A stretch of 64,000 nucleotides of DNA. Origin: Escherichia phage vB_EcoM_UP17. This document shows, in pieces, positions 19,805 through 29,585 of the stretch. Each line of letters opens with the position of its first letter. Position 1 is the stretch's first letter. The stretch lies in sequence record LR746137, one strand, 5' to 3'. Below the pieces are notes generated by a model, which was not told the DNA's origin, did no database searches, and worked only from the letters and a program-made list of their open reading frames with translations. The position numbers and the translations under genes are program-made.

Positions 19805-20913
19805 TTACCAAGCCCTCGTTTCACAGCAGCTACCATCCCGTCTTCCAGAGATTGAACTTCATTAATATAATCAACACGAGCAGCACGGGCTTCCGTATTG
19901 ATGCGGTTAGTTTCTTCCAACATCTTAACCAAGTTTTCCTGATCGTGACGCAGAGTTTCAATATCCAACACTTGACGGTTAGCCAGTGCTGCTGCTTCGA
20001 TCTGATTCTGTGTAGCAAGATCGCTACCCAGTTTAATTGCCAGGTTAAATTCATCAAGAACGTTATTCTGCGTCTCTGCTGCTTTCATTTGACGTAAGCT
20101 CTCGATATACATTGAGAAGTTAGCAGAGTAAGCAGGAATAACATTATTTACTATGTTACGCGCAGATCGCATTAAGCTTGCAGAAACTTTTTGCATACCT
20201 TGTACACGCGGTCCCATTTGGACACACAGTAGGCGCAATGCCTTTAAATCTGCAATACGAATCTCCAGAAGATCCAAAGTGTCTCGGATCACTTGTCGCT
20301 GTTCTACTGCATCTTCTGGAAGAGCAGCCAAAGCTTGTTCTTCTTTTTCATAGGTTGCTGTTAGAAGCTGCATATCTCGGTTCAAACTTGCAGCATATTG
20401 TCCAATAGCTTGATGCAGTTTTTCAAGATATACCAAGGAATCTTCTTCTTTGCGAATATCCATTTGAAGGTTCTTTACCAACTCTTCAATACGGTTATTA
20501 ACATTATCAAACTCCCCAAACAGGTCTTCTTTCATACCCATAACTTTTTTAATGAGTTTAGTAATACCTTTGCTTTGTTTAATAGAGTTTGGATCAAGTT
20601 GTTTTGCCTGTTTAATCAAAGCTGTGAGTCGTTCACTCATCTGATCGCCTTGATTACTACGTTGATGTTTTAATACCTCGGCATTCAAGGAACGCAAGGT
20701 TGTTCCTGCCTCTGCCCCAATCTCTTCGATCTCTTGTCGGGTCATAGAAGGCAAAACTGGAACGTCTTGTGGTGCCGCTGGTGCATAAACAGGACTGGCA
20801 TCTAACACGCTTGGAGCGAATACAGATTTACTTGCATCTGTTGTTGCAGCAAATACGCTCATTTCAGGCTTCTTCTGACCACCAGTAGCTGCTTTTAAAA
20901 ATGGACTTGTCAT
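19801..20913 (-). CDS. TelA-like coiled-coil protein (tentative)
   Basis: 370 aa, size and coiled-coil character fit TelA; sits with TerD/TerC. Confidence 0.4.
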   Translation of the reverse strand: MTSPFLKAATGGQKKPEMSVFAATTDASKSVFAPSVLDASPVYAPAAPQDVPVLPSMTRQEIEEIGAEAGTTLRSLNAEVLKHQRSNQGDQMSERLTALIKQAKQLDPNSIKQSKGITKLIKKVMGMKEDLFGEFDNVNNRIEELVKNLQMDIRKEEDSLVYLEKLHQAIGQYAASLNRDMQLLTATYEKEEQALAALPEDAVEQRQVIRDTLDLLEIRIADLKALRLLCVQMGPRVQGMQKVSASLMRSARNIVNNVIPAYSANFSMYIESLRQMKAAETQNNVLDEFNLAIKLGSDLATQNQIEAAALANRQVLDIETLRHDQENLVKMLEETNRINTEARAARVDYINEVQSLEDGMVAAVKRGLGK

Positions 20914-21500
20914 TCTTCATTCTCCTCTTCTGCATCTCTTATATATGGTGAAACACCGTACTCTTTAGCTACTTTAACCCAATCGTCCCATTTATACAAC
21001 CATAATTTTCCTTCGGTCCCTTCTTTATCTGATTTCAACCACATATTCGGTTGCTTACCTGGGTACATGCGATTAGGTTTACGATTATAACCTCTAACAC
21101 ATCTTGTCGCAAACCTATCTACCAGAACAAGAACATATTTATATTCGTGGTTCAACGGCTCTTTGGAAGTGGCTTTAGGATTAGCCCCTAATTCTGCTGC
21201 CAGTTTTTGCCAATGAGCACCGTGCCTACTAAACTTACCCATACAACCATCAATAGCATGAGCAATTTCGTGCTTCATTGTATCCACGATCATATCTCTT
21301 GTGGAGTTCTTATGCAAGTGCCAATTTACAACAACAATTTTATCTCGGTAGTTGCACCAACCGAAAGAGTTATTCACTTTGTTTCTAACACAAGCTTTAT
21401 ATCCTGCTTCACGTAACATGTTGTAGTAAACAGGAAAATCTTCTTTTATTTCCTGCATCACTTCCCACCACAAGAGTTGCAAGTCTCTCTCGGTATGCAT
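20910..21500 (-). CDS. SprT-like zinc metallopeptidase
   Basis: HExxH (MKHEIAHAIDG). Confidence 0.5.
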   Translation of the reverse strand: MHTERDLQLLWWEVMQEIKEDFPVYYNMLREAGYKACVRNKVNNSFGWCNYRDKIVVVNWHLHKNSTRDMIVDTMKHEIAHAIDGCMGKFSRHGAHWQKLAAELGANPKATSKEPLNHEYKYVLVLVDRFATRCVRGYNRKPNRMYPGKQPNMWLKSDKEGTEGKLWLYKWDDWVKVAKEYGVSPYIRDAEEENEE

Positions 21501-21503
21501 AAC

Positions 21504-22097
21504 TTACACCTTAAAAGCGAAATGCGTGGTCGTGGCTTCAAAATCAGGGCCAGATAAACTTGCACTGAAATCTGAAATATTTGTAATTAAAAAGCTTTTA
21601 TGCATACCTAACACAGCCACGCTTTCAATATCTTCTACTAACATTTCAATCATGTTAGAAACATGGCTGAACGTAGAGTTTTGTTTTTTGATGGTGTAGA
21701 AAGAAAGATTCCCACCTGCTATATAAGATACCTCTTCAAAATCTTTAATCGTATATTGTGTGCCATCAGTAAAGAAAATGGTAGCTTTATTAGTAGCACG
21801 TTTCTTGTTTTTTGGTCCTTTTTTACGTTTACTGCGAGTAGGCAAACCGTTTGGAAATACCGTAGCTACAAATTCTTCAGGAGAAACCTCCTTACCGAAA
21901 TCATAACCGTAAGAAACAGCGTCTATAAACTCGTCGTCTTCATTTTTAAAATAATGAAAATAGGGCCAATTTGAGAGATTATCAAGCATCTTATGCTCAT
22001 CCACAGCAGAGAACGTATCCCTCAAAGCCCGTGTGATTTGCAAAGCATTAGGCAAACTTTTAACACCTGTAATGGAAGTACGAATAGAAATTGTCAT
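21504..22097 (-). CDS. Hypothetical protein
   Basis: 197 aa ORF. Confidence 0.45.
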   Translation of the reverse strand: MTISIRTSITGVKSLPNALQITRALRDTFSAVDEHKMLDNLSNWPYFHYFKNEDDEFIDAVSYGYDFGKEVSPEEFVATVFPNGLPTRSKRKKGPKNKKRATNKATIFFTDGTQYTIKDFEEVSYIAGGNLSFYTIKKQNSTFSHVSNMIEMLVEDIESVAVLGMHKSFLITNISDFSASLSGPDFEATTTHFAFKV

Positions 22098-22111
22098 TGT
22101 TTTTCTCCTTA

Positions 22112-22549
22112 TTAACGTCGCTTGCTACGAGATGAACTCTTTTTACTTAAAGGGCTATTGTAAGATTTACGAGTTGTATAGCTACTATTTGTTTTAAAAG
22201 TTTGTCTCGGCTTTTCATAAGTTTTTATCTCTTGTTTAGGCTTACTATAAAAATTAGTTTTCGGTTTAGGTGTATTATAATGCTTATTAATAATCGTTCT
22301 GTTATCGTTATAATCCCCACTGCTACGATTACTACCGCCACTCATCATATGCCCTAACAACATACCTGTAGCAAACTCACCAACACCGCTACTACTAGAA
22401 CCGCCACCATTGTTGATAATAGTTGTATCTCCGTCAGATCCTTGTTGAGCGTATTGTTGAGGAGGTTGTTGGTATTGTGCAGGATTTGTTTCATCCTCGC
22501 AAGCTGTTAAAAAGATACAACCAATTAAAATCAGGGCTAGTTTTTTCAT
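22112..22549 (-). CDS. Lipoprotein, Gly/Ser-rich (start revised)
   Basis: MKKLALILIGCIFLTAC signal peptide with lipobox; ATG 22549. Confidence 0.5.
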   Translation of the reverse strand: MKKLALILIGCIFLTACEDETNPAQYQQPPQQYAQQGSDGDTTIINNGGGSSSSGVGEFATGMLLGHMMSGGSNRSSGDYNDNRTIINKHYNTPKPKTNFYSKPKQEIKTYEKPRQTFKTNSSYTTRKSYNSPLSKKSSSRSKRR

Positions 22550-22736
22550 ATTTGCTTTCCTCGTTTTGGCTATTAATACATCTGTGTTTGAAATCTCCAG
22601 AGAAGCAATAAAGTTGCTCTCCATCTCGGTATAAACTCACTTTACTGCCGTTGATTACGCTTGTCAATACAAAAATTACAACAAACAACCCTATTGCAAA
22701 ACAAATATTTTCAAACACAATCAACAAGTATTTCAT
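22491..22736 (-). CDS. Small membrane protein (tentative)
   Basis: 81 aa with hydrophobic helix; overlaps lipoprotein start. Confidence 0.3.
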   Translation of the reverse strand: MKYLLIVFENICFAIGLFVVIFVLTSVINGSKVSLYRDGEQLYCFSGDFKHRCINSQNEESKYEKTSPDFNWLYLFNSLRG

Positions 22737-23083
22737 TTTAAAAATACCTCATCATCAGTTTCATTATCCCAGAAGAACAAATCCCAACCATTAGGATCAT
22801 TCCACTTGGCTGCTGGAGAAGTCCAGAGTTGTTCGATATCAATATTCAAAACTTCACCGTTTCGTTTTGAAACAGCTTTAGTTAATTCCCAACGAGATAC
22901 AGGTTCTACCTCTCCTGAACCACTTCCACAACAAGCTACTACGTTAGGAGGAAGGTTAATTGGATCTTTGGTCACAATCATAACGCTTACCCCAGGGTAA
23001 ACTTTTGAAAGATAATCTGAAACGTAATCCACATCACCACATAAGTCCCAAACAAGTTCTTGAATTTCATCAAAATTGCTCAT
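22733..23083 (-). CDS. Hypothetical protein
   Basis: 116 aa ORF. Confidence 0.45.
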   Translation of the reverse strand: MSNFDEIQELVWDLCGDVDYVSDYLSKVYPGVSVMIVTKDPINLPPNVVACCGSGSGEVEPVSRWELTKAVSKRNGEVLNIDIEQLWTSPAAKWNDPNGWDLFFWDNETDDEVFLK

Positions 23084-23125
23084 AAGTCTCTCCTATAAAA
23101 TAGCCTCCCGAAGGAGGCTCATCTA

Positions 23126-24100
23126 TTAAACAGCAGCTTCTTCTTTTTCAGGGAAGATAAAGCTTGCAATAACACCAAGAGCTAATGTGCCTAGAACAAT
23201 CATCAAACTTACGTTAGGGGAAATATCATGCGGGAGGAATGACCACTTGGCATGAAGTGTTTCACCGAACGGGTGATACATAAGTTTAGCACCAACAAAC
23301 ACCAGAACCACAGCAACAGCTTTCTCTAAGTGAACCAAATATTTCACAGCAACACTTAACACAAAGAAAAGTGCACGTAAACCAAGAACAGCCATCAGCA
23401 TTGCAGAATAAACTAGCAGAGGTTCTTGTGTCACACCGATCACAGCCGGAACTGAATCAAAAGAGAAGACAATATCTGTAAGCTCAATAACAAACACACA
23501 AAGAAGAGCAGGAGTTGCATATTTAATACCATTCTTAATGGTAATGAACTTTTCACCATCCAGCGCATTGTGCACAGGCAGAACTTTACCTACTAAACGA
23601 ACAGCCCAATGCTTAGAGTAATCAATATCCTCTTCTTCGTCACCACCTTTGATGATAGCCACGGCAGACCAAGCTACAATCAAACCGAACAACACTTGGA
23701 CCGACCAATGAAGGTTAAACAAAGCGGTCCCTGCTGCAACAAAAATACCTCGGAAGACAATGGCTCCTGCAATCCCCCAAAGTAGAATTTTATGTTGGAG
23801 ATGTGTGCTCTTAATTCCAAAGCTTGCAAAAATTGCCATGAACACCATCAGGTTATCTACAGAAAGACTCTTTTCCAACACATAACCACTTAGGAAAAGC
23901 GCGGCAAACTCTTTACCATGTTCTACCCAAATGAATGCGTAATATCCTAAAGCTAAAGCAATCCAAAAAACAGACCAAAGCAAAGCAGATTTAATTCCAA
24001 TTTCTTTATTCTCTTTATGACCAAAGAAATCGATACCAATAGACAATGCCAAAATACTAATTAAAACAACTACATCAATAATTGGGAAACCGAGTTGCAT
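23126..24100 (-). CDS. terC: TerC-family integral membrane protein
   Basis: Multiple TM helices, duplicated motifs SVDNLMVF and FSFDSVPAVIGV. Confidence 0.8.
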   Translation of the reverse strand: MQLGFPIIDVVVLISILALSIGIDFFGHKENKEIGIKSALLWSVFWIALALGYYAFIWVEHGKEFAALFLSGYVLEKSLSVDNLMVFMAIFASFGIKSTHLQHKILLWGIAGAIVFRGIFVAAGTALFNLHWSVQVLFGLIVAWSAVAIIKGGDEEEDIDYSKHWAVRLVGKVLPVHNALDGEKFITIKNGIKYATPALLCVFVIELTDIVFSFDSVPAVIGVTQEPLLVYSAMLMAVLGLRALFFVLSVAVKYLVHLEKAVAVVLVFVGAKLMYHPFGETLHAKWSFLPHDISPNVSLMIVLGTLALGVIASFIFPEKEEAAV

Positions 24101-24179
24101 TCTTTTCTCCTCTCTTTGCGGGGAACTATTCCCCGCTTCATGTGATATATCTTACTCTTTTTAAGAATTATGTCAACAC

Positions 24180-24407
24180 TTATTTTGTTGAATGAGAGGA
24201 AAAGATTCCTCGTAATACCGCCAGAATAAACGAAACACAAACCACGGTCCAGAAGGTTACTGGGACAGTGATATCTGCATGACCCATAACTTCAGCAACA
24301 TAGTTGTAAGCCAGCAACAGTAACCAAGCTGGAATCAAACTAAGCATAAAAGCAATAACAAAAAAGCTTACCACTGCAACAATACCTGCAAAAACACCCA
24401 TACTCAT
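24180..24407 (-). CDS. Small membrane protein
   Basis: 75 aa, two hydrophobic helices. Confidence 0.45.
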   Translation of the reverse strand: MSMGVFAGIVAVVSFFVIAFMLSLIPAWLLLLAYNYVAEVMGHADITVPVTFWTVVCVSFILAVLRGIFSSHSTK

Positions 24408-24413
24408 CTCCTC

Positions 24414-24887
24414 TTAAAGTTTATAAATAGTCACATCGTGACCTGTTTTTACTAAAGTTTCTTCAATCATCACTTGGATGATAGCCCAATTGCCTCCAGC
24501 ATATCCAGCGCCAATCATAGGTAAGCCGATCTTACATTTTTGGTCACGGAGAAGCAAATCATTAGCCATAGCTATTAGTGCATCGTAAAGTGCATCATAG
24601 TCCAACTGACGACCTTTAGCATTGTATCCGTAACGGTATTGCCCGTATAGATTATATACCAAAGGGTCTGATTGTTCGTCTGGCACCCCTAAACTAAAAC
24701 AACCTAGTTTACTTTGATCACCAGCCATTGTGTCTAAGTCTGCTGCATATGCGTAAGGAAATGCTTGTTTGATTTGTGGGGCAATACCTGCCCCCATATT
24801 ACACATACAGTTGCAACAATGAGCAATAACAGTTACTTCACCTGCTTTAGCGGCATCAATAAGATTACCTGTTTTCATTTTAAGCAT
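24414..24887 (-). CDS. Macro-domain protein
   Basis: VIAHCCNCMCNMGAGIA matches macro-domain signature. Confidence 0.55.
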   Translation of the reverse strand: MLKMKTGNLIDAAKAGEVTVIAHCCNCMCNMGAGIAPQIKQAFPYAYAADLDTMAGDQSKLGCFSLGVPDEQSDPLVYNLYGQYRYGYNAKGRQLDYDALYDALIAMANDLLLRDQKCKIGLPMIGAGYAGGNWAIIQVMIEETLVKTGHDVTIYKL

Positions 24888-24899
24888 TTTAGCTCCTTA

Positions 24900-25727
24900 T
24901 TACAGAATGTGTTGTTTTGTGTAACGATCCAAGAATTCAAAGTTTTCAGCATACTTTGAAATTCGGTTGTAACCTTCTCCCAAACATCCGAAGAAAAGTT
25001 GCTCTACATAGTAGTGTGGCAATTGGCTAAGAATGATTTTGAAGTCTTCGTGATTTTGGCCCATAAGATACTTAATAGGACGAACAAGGCACTGTGCATC
25101 ACGTTCTTCATTAATCATTTTAACAAACGCTTCTGGTGTATTAATGTAGTTAAAATTCAGTTTAGCTTCGGTATCTGCTTGATTACCTTCATATTTTGCA
25201 AAATACAAGAAGTAAACATCATTTTTAACTTGATTTTCATCAAGGATCTCAATCAGTTTGTCTTCATGCGTTCCAGTGATATTTACATCATCAATGAATA
25301 CAAGCTTCTTATCACCCCAGAATTCTTTGTTGCAGTAGAATGTATCCCCATCAATAAGTTTCTTACGACTAGCTTTATCCAAGAAACCATAATCGTTGAT
25401 ATAGCTAACTTTACGATGAATAATGTCCAGTTCTGCTGAACGACCTTGATCATATTGTGATTGCAACATGTTAAAGTAATTAATAAAATGATCTGTCATC
25501 ATTGTTGCAGCATTATGCACATGGTTGTAAGGAGAAGGAATGATAACAAATTGTTCCCCAATATGTTTCATTGCCACTTGAGCAAAAAACTGAAGTGCCA
25601 ATTCTTTACCCATACGACGCGCGGCTTGGTTACTACCAAATTTCAATTTTGAATAATCTTGGATATCAAAAGTAGCAGTTTCCAGGTCATCAAATTTATT
25701 TGCAAAAATTTGAGTTTGATTACGCAT
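24900..25727 (-). CDS. Phosphoribosyltransferase-like protein
   Basis: PRPP-binding-like KKLVFIDDVNITGTHE. Confidence 0.45.
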   Translation of the reverse strand: MRNQTQIFANKFDDLETATFDIQDYSKLKFGSNQAARRMGKELALQFFAQVAMKHIGEQFVIIPSPYNHVHNAATMMTDHFINYFNMLQSQYDQGRSAELDIIHRKVSYINDYGFLDKASRKKLIDGDTFYCNKEFWGDKKLVFIDDVNITGTHEDKLIEILDENQVKNDVYFLYFAKYEGNQADTEAKLNFNYINTPEAFVKMINEERDAQCLVRPIKYLMGQNHEDFKIILSQLPHYYVEQLFFGCLGEGYNRISKYAENFEFLDRYTKQHIL

Positions 25728-26376
25728 TTACAATTTCTCCTCTTTTAAGTTTCTCTAGTAAGTCATTAGGGTTCTTAATATGACAGAAGTTAAATCCTAA
25801 GTCAACACATTTTCCATCATATTCTTCACTATCGCCTACGTGCAATACTTCGTGCCCTAACAGAGGGATCGGAGAATACGTGAGCGTGCGAGCAAAGAAT
25901 CGCGGATCTGGTTTACAAAGTAAAGCTTCATCCGAGAAATGGGTGAACTCAAAACAATTCCAACTATCAAACTTACAAGCACGACGCAGGATATCCCCTG
26001 ATATGAAGTTGGTATTGCTCTTAATACTCAAATCATAACGTCCCGAAAGATACAGCAAGTACATCGGCAGATCCACGGCTACGTGTGGTGGAAACTTAAG
26101 GAACCACTGTTCACACTCGAAACGAAGCTTTGCAGACTTCCAAGGTGTTATCCCAAGTTCAGAACCAAGTCTTTCCCAGGCGTATGCTGCACACTCGGCT
26201 TTGCCTTGAAGTGCTGCATTATCCAGTTCCTTTTTGATCTTCTTATAAGCTGCTCTTGCTTCCACTTCCGTAATATCTCCATATTTTGCGATAGTCCAGG
26301 CTCGCATGTCTGCGTAATTGGAGTTTGCTGTGATCAGTGTGTTCCATACATCAAAAGAGATATGTTTAATAGTCAT
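25720..26376 (-). CDS. HAD-superfamily hydrolase-like
   Basis: N-terminal FDVWNTL, C-terminal HVGDSEEYD. Confidence 0.4.
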   Translation of the reverse strand: MTIKHISFDVWNTLITANSNYADMRAWTIAKYGDITEVEARAAYKKIKKELDNAALQGKAECAAYAWERLGSELGITPWKSAKLRFECEQWFLKFPPHVAVDLPMYLLYLSGRYDLSIKSNTNFISGDILRRACKFDSWNCFEFTHFSDEALLCKPDPRFFARTLTYSPIPLLGHEVLHVGDSEEYDGKCVDLGFNFCHIKNPNDLLEKLKRGEIVNA

Positions 26377-26377
26377 A

Positions 26378-26983
26378 TTAAGCCCACCATGCGTCTAAGT
26401 TAAGATTACTGTCCACTACCACTTGTTCTATGTGGTAGCCTTTTATCTGTATCCCACTGTTCAAGAGCATATCATACGCTTCATTGAAACGCAACTTATC
26501 TTCTGCGGAATATAAGCGAGCATTATAAAATCGGTAATCAACTTCTTCAGCATTAGAAGAAATACGGAAGAAGTTTGTTTCTACTTCGGGATCACTTGCT
26601 GAAGTCTTAATGTGAACTTCTCCGTAATTTTCTTTACTTAGATCCATGAAAAGAACACAGGCAACATGTTTAAACATTCGTTCCAGTTTGTAACGAACAA
26701 CATTGAAACCTGCATTCTCAAGTTTTTCTACACACTGCAACATTAAAGTAGTGTCGAGATCGCTTTGATACTTTGTTAACATACGATCACGTTGAGACTT
26801 TGTATCCCGATGTAAATCAATTGTTGTGCATTTGGCACCAATAATCTTAGCTGCTTTCATCAACTCTTCAGAACTAACGTTAGATAAAGTAAGATGAAAA
26901 TGGGCTTTCCACACTTTTTTAGCAGGGACACCAAAAGATTTATCCCCACTATTCGGCATGTTGACTACTACACTATGTTGCAT
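26378..26983 (-). CDS. Hypothetical protein
   Basis: 201 aa, one HxTx motif. Confidence 0.45.
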   Translation of the reverse strand: MQHSVVVNMPNSGDKSFGVPAKKVWKAHFHLTLSNVSSEELMKAAKIIGAKCTTIDLHRDTKSQRDRMLTKYQSDLDTTLMLQCVEKLENAGFNVVRYKLERMFKHVACVLFMDLSKENYGEVHIKTSASDPEVETNFFRISSNAEEVDYRFYNARLYSAEDKLRFNEAYDMLLNSGIQIKGYHIEQVVVDSNLNLDAWWA

Positions 26984-26998
26984 TACTTATCTCCTCAC

Positions 26999-27190
26999 TT
27001 AAAATGGAAGTCTTTGAAGTTCATCTCCTCCGATATCAAGTAATTTAGCAACATCTCGATCAGAAAGCAACTCTTTTCTTTGTAAAATATCCACAAGGGT
27101 TGCAAGAATGTCCTTAACGTCCCGATCACTGTTCTTCAAAAGTTCTCCTGCCGTCCCTACTCTATCTCCTACAGCAAAATATGTAACCAT
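26999..27190 (-). CDS. Hypothetical small protein (start revised)
   Basis: Internal ATG 27190 preceded by GGAGG; removes overlap with nrdG. Confidence 0.35.
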   Translation of the reverse strand: MVTYFAVGDRVGTAGELLKNSDRDVKDILATLVDILQRKELLSDRDVAKLLDIGGDELQRLPF

Positions 27191-27203
27191 GAAACCTCCT
27201 AAG

Positions 27204-27674
27204 TTAATCTGATTGCCAACCACTTGCCGTTTTGGTCCATAATCTTTGATTATCTGACCCTCTGAAAGGTTTTGTAGTTGGATTGTTTATTTCATACTTT
27301 CCGTCTACAATAATGTCAACAAGATTTTTAATATACAAAGGCACTTCCTCAAAAGTATATCCTGTATACACCATTATATCTTTGCTTGACCCATAAACGT
27401 CTCTAACCTTTTCTATAAGGTTTTTAACATTGTAAATATTCTGCGGATCTAATGGCTCCCCTCCTAAAATTGTTAAACCTTTTACAAACGGTCTTGACAA
27501 ATCTTTTAAAACTTGCTCTACATTTTCGTGAGTGAACGGTTTCCCATAAGAATAAGACCAGGCTTTTTGGTTAAAACAGCCACGACAACCGTGGCTACAA
27601 CCACTAACCCAGAGGGAGCACCTAACTCCCTCACCATTAATAAGATCTACAGGTTCATATCCTGCAAAATTCAA
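27204..27674 (-). CDS. nrdG: Anaerobic ribonucleotide reductase activating protein (radical SAM)
   Basis: CSHGCRGC (Cx3Cx2C) cluster, directly downstream of nrdD. Confidence 0.8.
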   Translation of the reverse strand: MNFAGYEPVDLINGEGVRCSLWVSGCSHGCRGCFNQKAWSYSYGKPFTHENVEQVLKDLSRPFVKGLTILGGEPLDPQNIYNVKNLIEKVRDVYGSSKDIMVYTGYTFEEVPLYIKNLVDIIVDGKYEINNPTTKPFRGSDNQRLWTKTASGWQSD

Positions 27675-29485
27675 AGATGTTTCTCCCTTTGCAAAACTTC
27701 CTGCATTTTACCTTTGTTGTAAGGCCGTGAATTAGGGGCAGAAAGATACCCTGATACACGTCTAACTACAGAAATAGTTTCTTCTTCATGGTTGCCACAA
27801 TCAGGACACTCAAACCCTTTAGCCGTTGCCTTAAATTCTCCATGAAAACCACACTTAAAGCATTGATCCACGGGCTGATTAATACCAAAATAGTGAATAT
27901 GTTCATAAGCGTAGTCTACTAAAGTCTCCAAAGCTTCTAAGTTATTCTTTAAGTTTGGTGTTTCGACATAACTTATGTTACCACCATTACTAATCTGTGC
28001 AAAACCTGCTTCATAATCCCATTTTTCAAAAGGATTTGTTACCAACCACACAGGTTGATGAAAAGAGTTAGTAAGATAGTCTCTTTCTACCAAACCTGGG
28101 TATTTTTCATTTAAAGCTGTTGCAAACTTATAGCACAAAGATTCTGCTGGAGTTCCATAGAGACTAAACGCCAGCTTAGATCGTTCTTTAAACACAGCAC
28201 ACACATCTTTCATATGTTGCAGAATGCTTTTACCAAGTTCCTTTTTATCTTTTTCTTCTGGATAAAGGATTTCCAAAGCTTCGGCAAGACCTACATAACC
28301 AATACTAATAGAAGCATAACCACCTTCAAACAAAACACCAATTTCATCATTGGCATTTAAACGCGCTAAAGCCCCTTCCATGAAAAGAATAGGGTTTTCA
28401 GATGCTTTGGTATGTCTGATACGGTTTACACGTAGCATGTGAGCATCGTAGGCTATCTCCATATGTTTATTAAGAAGATCGGTGAAAGATTCTCCTTTAC
28501 TTCTCGCTTCCGCAGCGATCAGAGGTAAGTTGATAGAAACTACTCCAAGGTTGAATCGTCCATCGTATTTTTCTCCTTGTTCGGTGGCATAGTACGACAA
28601 AAAGGAACGACAACCCATACTCGTAACAGTACCATCTGCTGATCCCGTAACTTCTTTGTTCAAAGGAACAGAAATAAAATCTGGATAAATACGATCAGCA
28701 CAACATGCCAAAGCTTGTTGCTTAAGGTCATAGTTAGGATCACTAGGTTTCATGTTAACACCTTCTTGTAAAAAGAAAATAACTTTAGGGAATACAGGCG
28801 TTACATGATCTTTGCCTAGACCGTTACTATGCACTTTAAGATAGTTAGCTGTAATCATTCTGCCAAAAACAGAGGTATCCAGACCCATACTGATTGTAAT
28901 AAAAGGAGATTGTCCATTAACACTCATTAAAGTATTAACCTGATACAAGAGAGTTTGCATAGCATCATATACATCTTGTTCGGTCATTTCTAGGGCTTCT
29001 TTCCTTGCATAACAACCGTAGCGACGTTTGGTTATCTCCATGTTTTTAAGGAAACTAGCTTCAACATAAGGACTAAGACCTTTATCAATGTGCGCACACG
29101 TCTGACCTCCATACTGACTGGAGGCAACAGCTTGGATAATTTGAGTTAGCACTGTGGTAGCTACCCCAATAGATTTTGGTTTTTCTATCTGTGCGGCTCC
29201 GATCTTAAAACCATTCTCTAACATATCTTGATAATTAACAAGACAACAGTTTGTAAGAGGAGAGAGTAGATAATCCAAGTCGTGAATATGTCCAAAACCT
29301 TCTGTATGCCACTCTGACAAGTTTTTTGGCAGTATCTGTGTCATTGCCATATGTTTGCTTAAAATCCCCGCCAAGAGATCCCTATGCGTGTTAACGAGGT
29401 GGGAAGGTTTGTTTGCATTCTCTCTAGTGTATGTTTCTGAAGTGCGATCTAAAAAAGAAAAAACATCTTGGTACAAATCTTTCAT
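27671..29485 (-). CDS. nrdD: Anaerobic ribonucleoside-triphosphate reductase
   Basis: 604 aa, C-terminal Zn ribbon CFKC...CPDC, glycyl-radical RVSGY. Confidence 0.85.
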   Translation of the reverse strand: MKDLYQDVFSFLDRTSETYTRENANKPSHLVNTHRDLLAGILSKHMAMTQILPKNLSEWHTEGFGHIHDLDYLLSPLTNCCLVNYQDMLENGFKIGAAQIEKPKSIGVATTVLTQIIQAVASSQYGGQTCAHIDKGLSPYVEASFLKNMEITKRRYGCYARKEALEMTEQDVYDAMQTLLYQVNTLMSVNGQSPFITISMGLDTSVFGRMITANYLKVHSNGLGKDHVTPVFPKVIFFLQEGVNMKPSDPNYDLKQQALACCADRIYPDFISVPLNKEVTGSADGTVTSMGCRSFLSYYATEQGEKYDGRFNLGVVSINLPLIAAEARSKGESFTDLLNKHMEIAYDAHMLRVNRIRHTKASENPILFMEGALARLNANDEIGVLFEGGYASISIGYVGLAEALEILYPEEKDKKELGKSILQHMKDVCAVFKERSKLAFSLYGTPAESLCYKFATALNEKYPGLVERDYLTNSFHQPVWLVTNPFEKWDYEAGFAQISNGGNISYVETPNLKNNLEALETLVDYAYEHIHYFGINQPVDQCFKCGFHGEFKATAKGFECPDCGNHEEETISVVRRVSGYLSAPNSRPYNKGKMQEVLQREKHL

Positions 29486-29585
29486 TATTAATCCTTATTT
29501 TGTGAGTAGAACTATTATTCTACCTCTTCCAACCGAAAAAAGCTTTGAGGAAAATCAAAAAAGGCGCAAAGTGCGCCTTTAAGTT

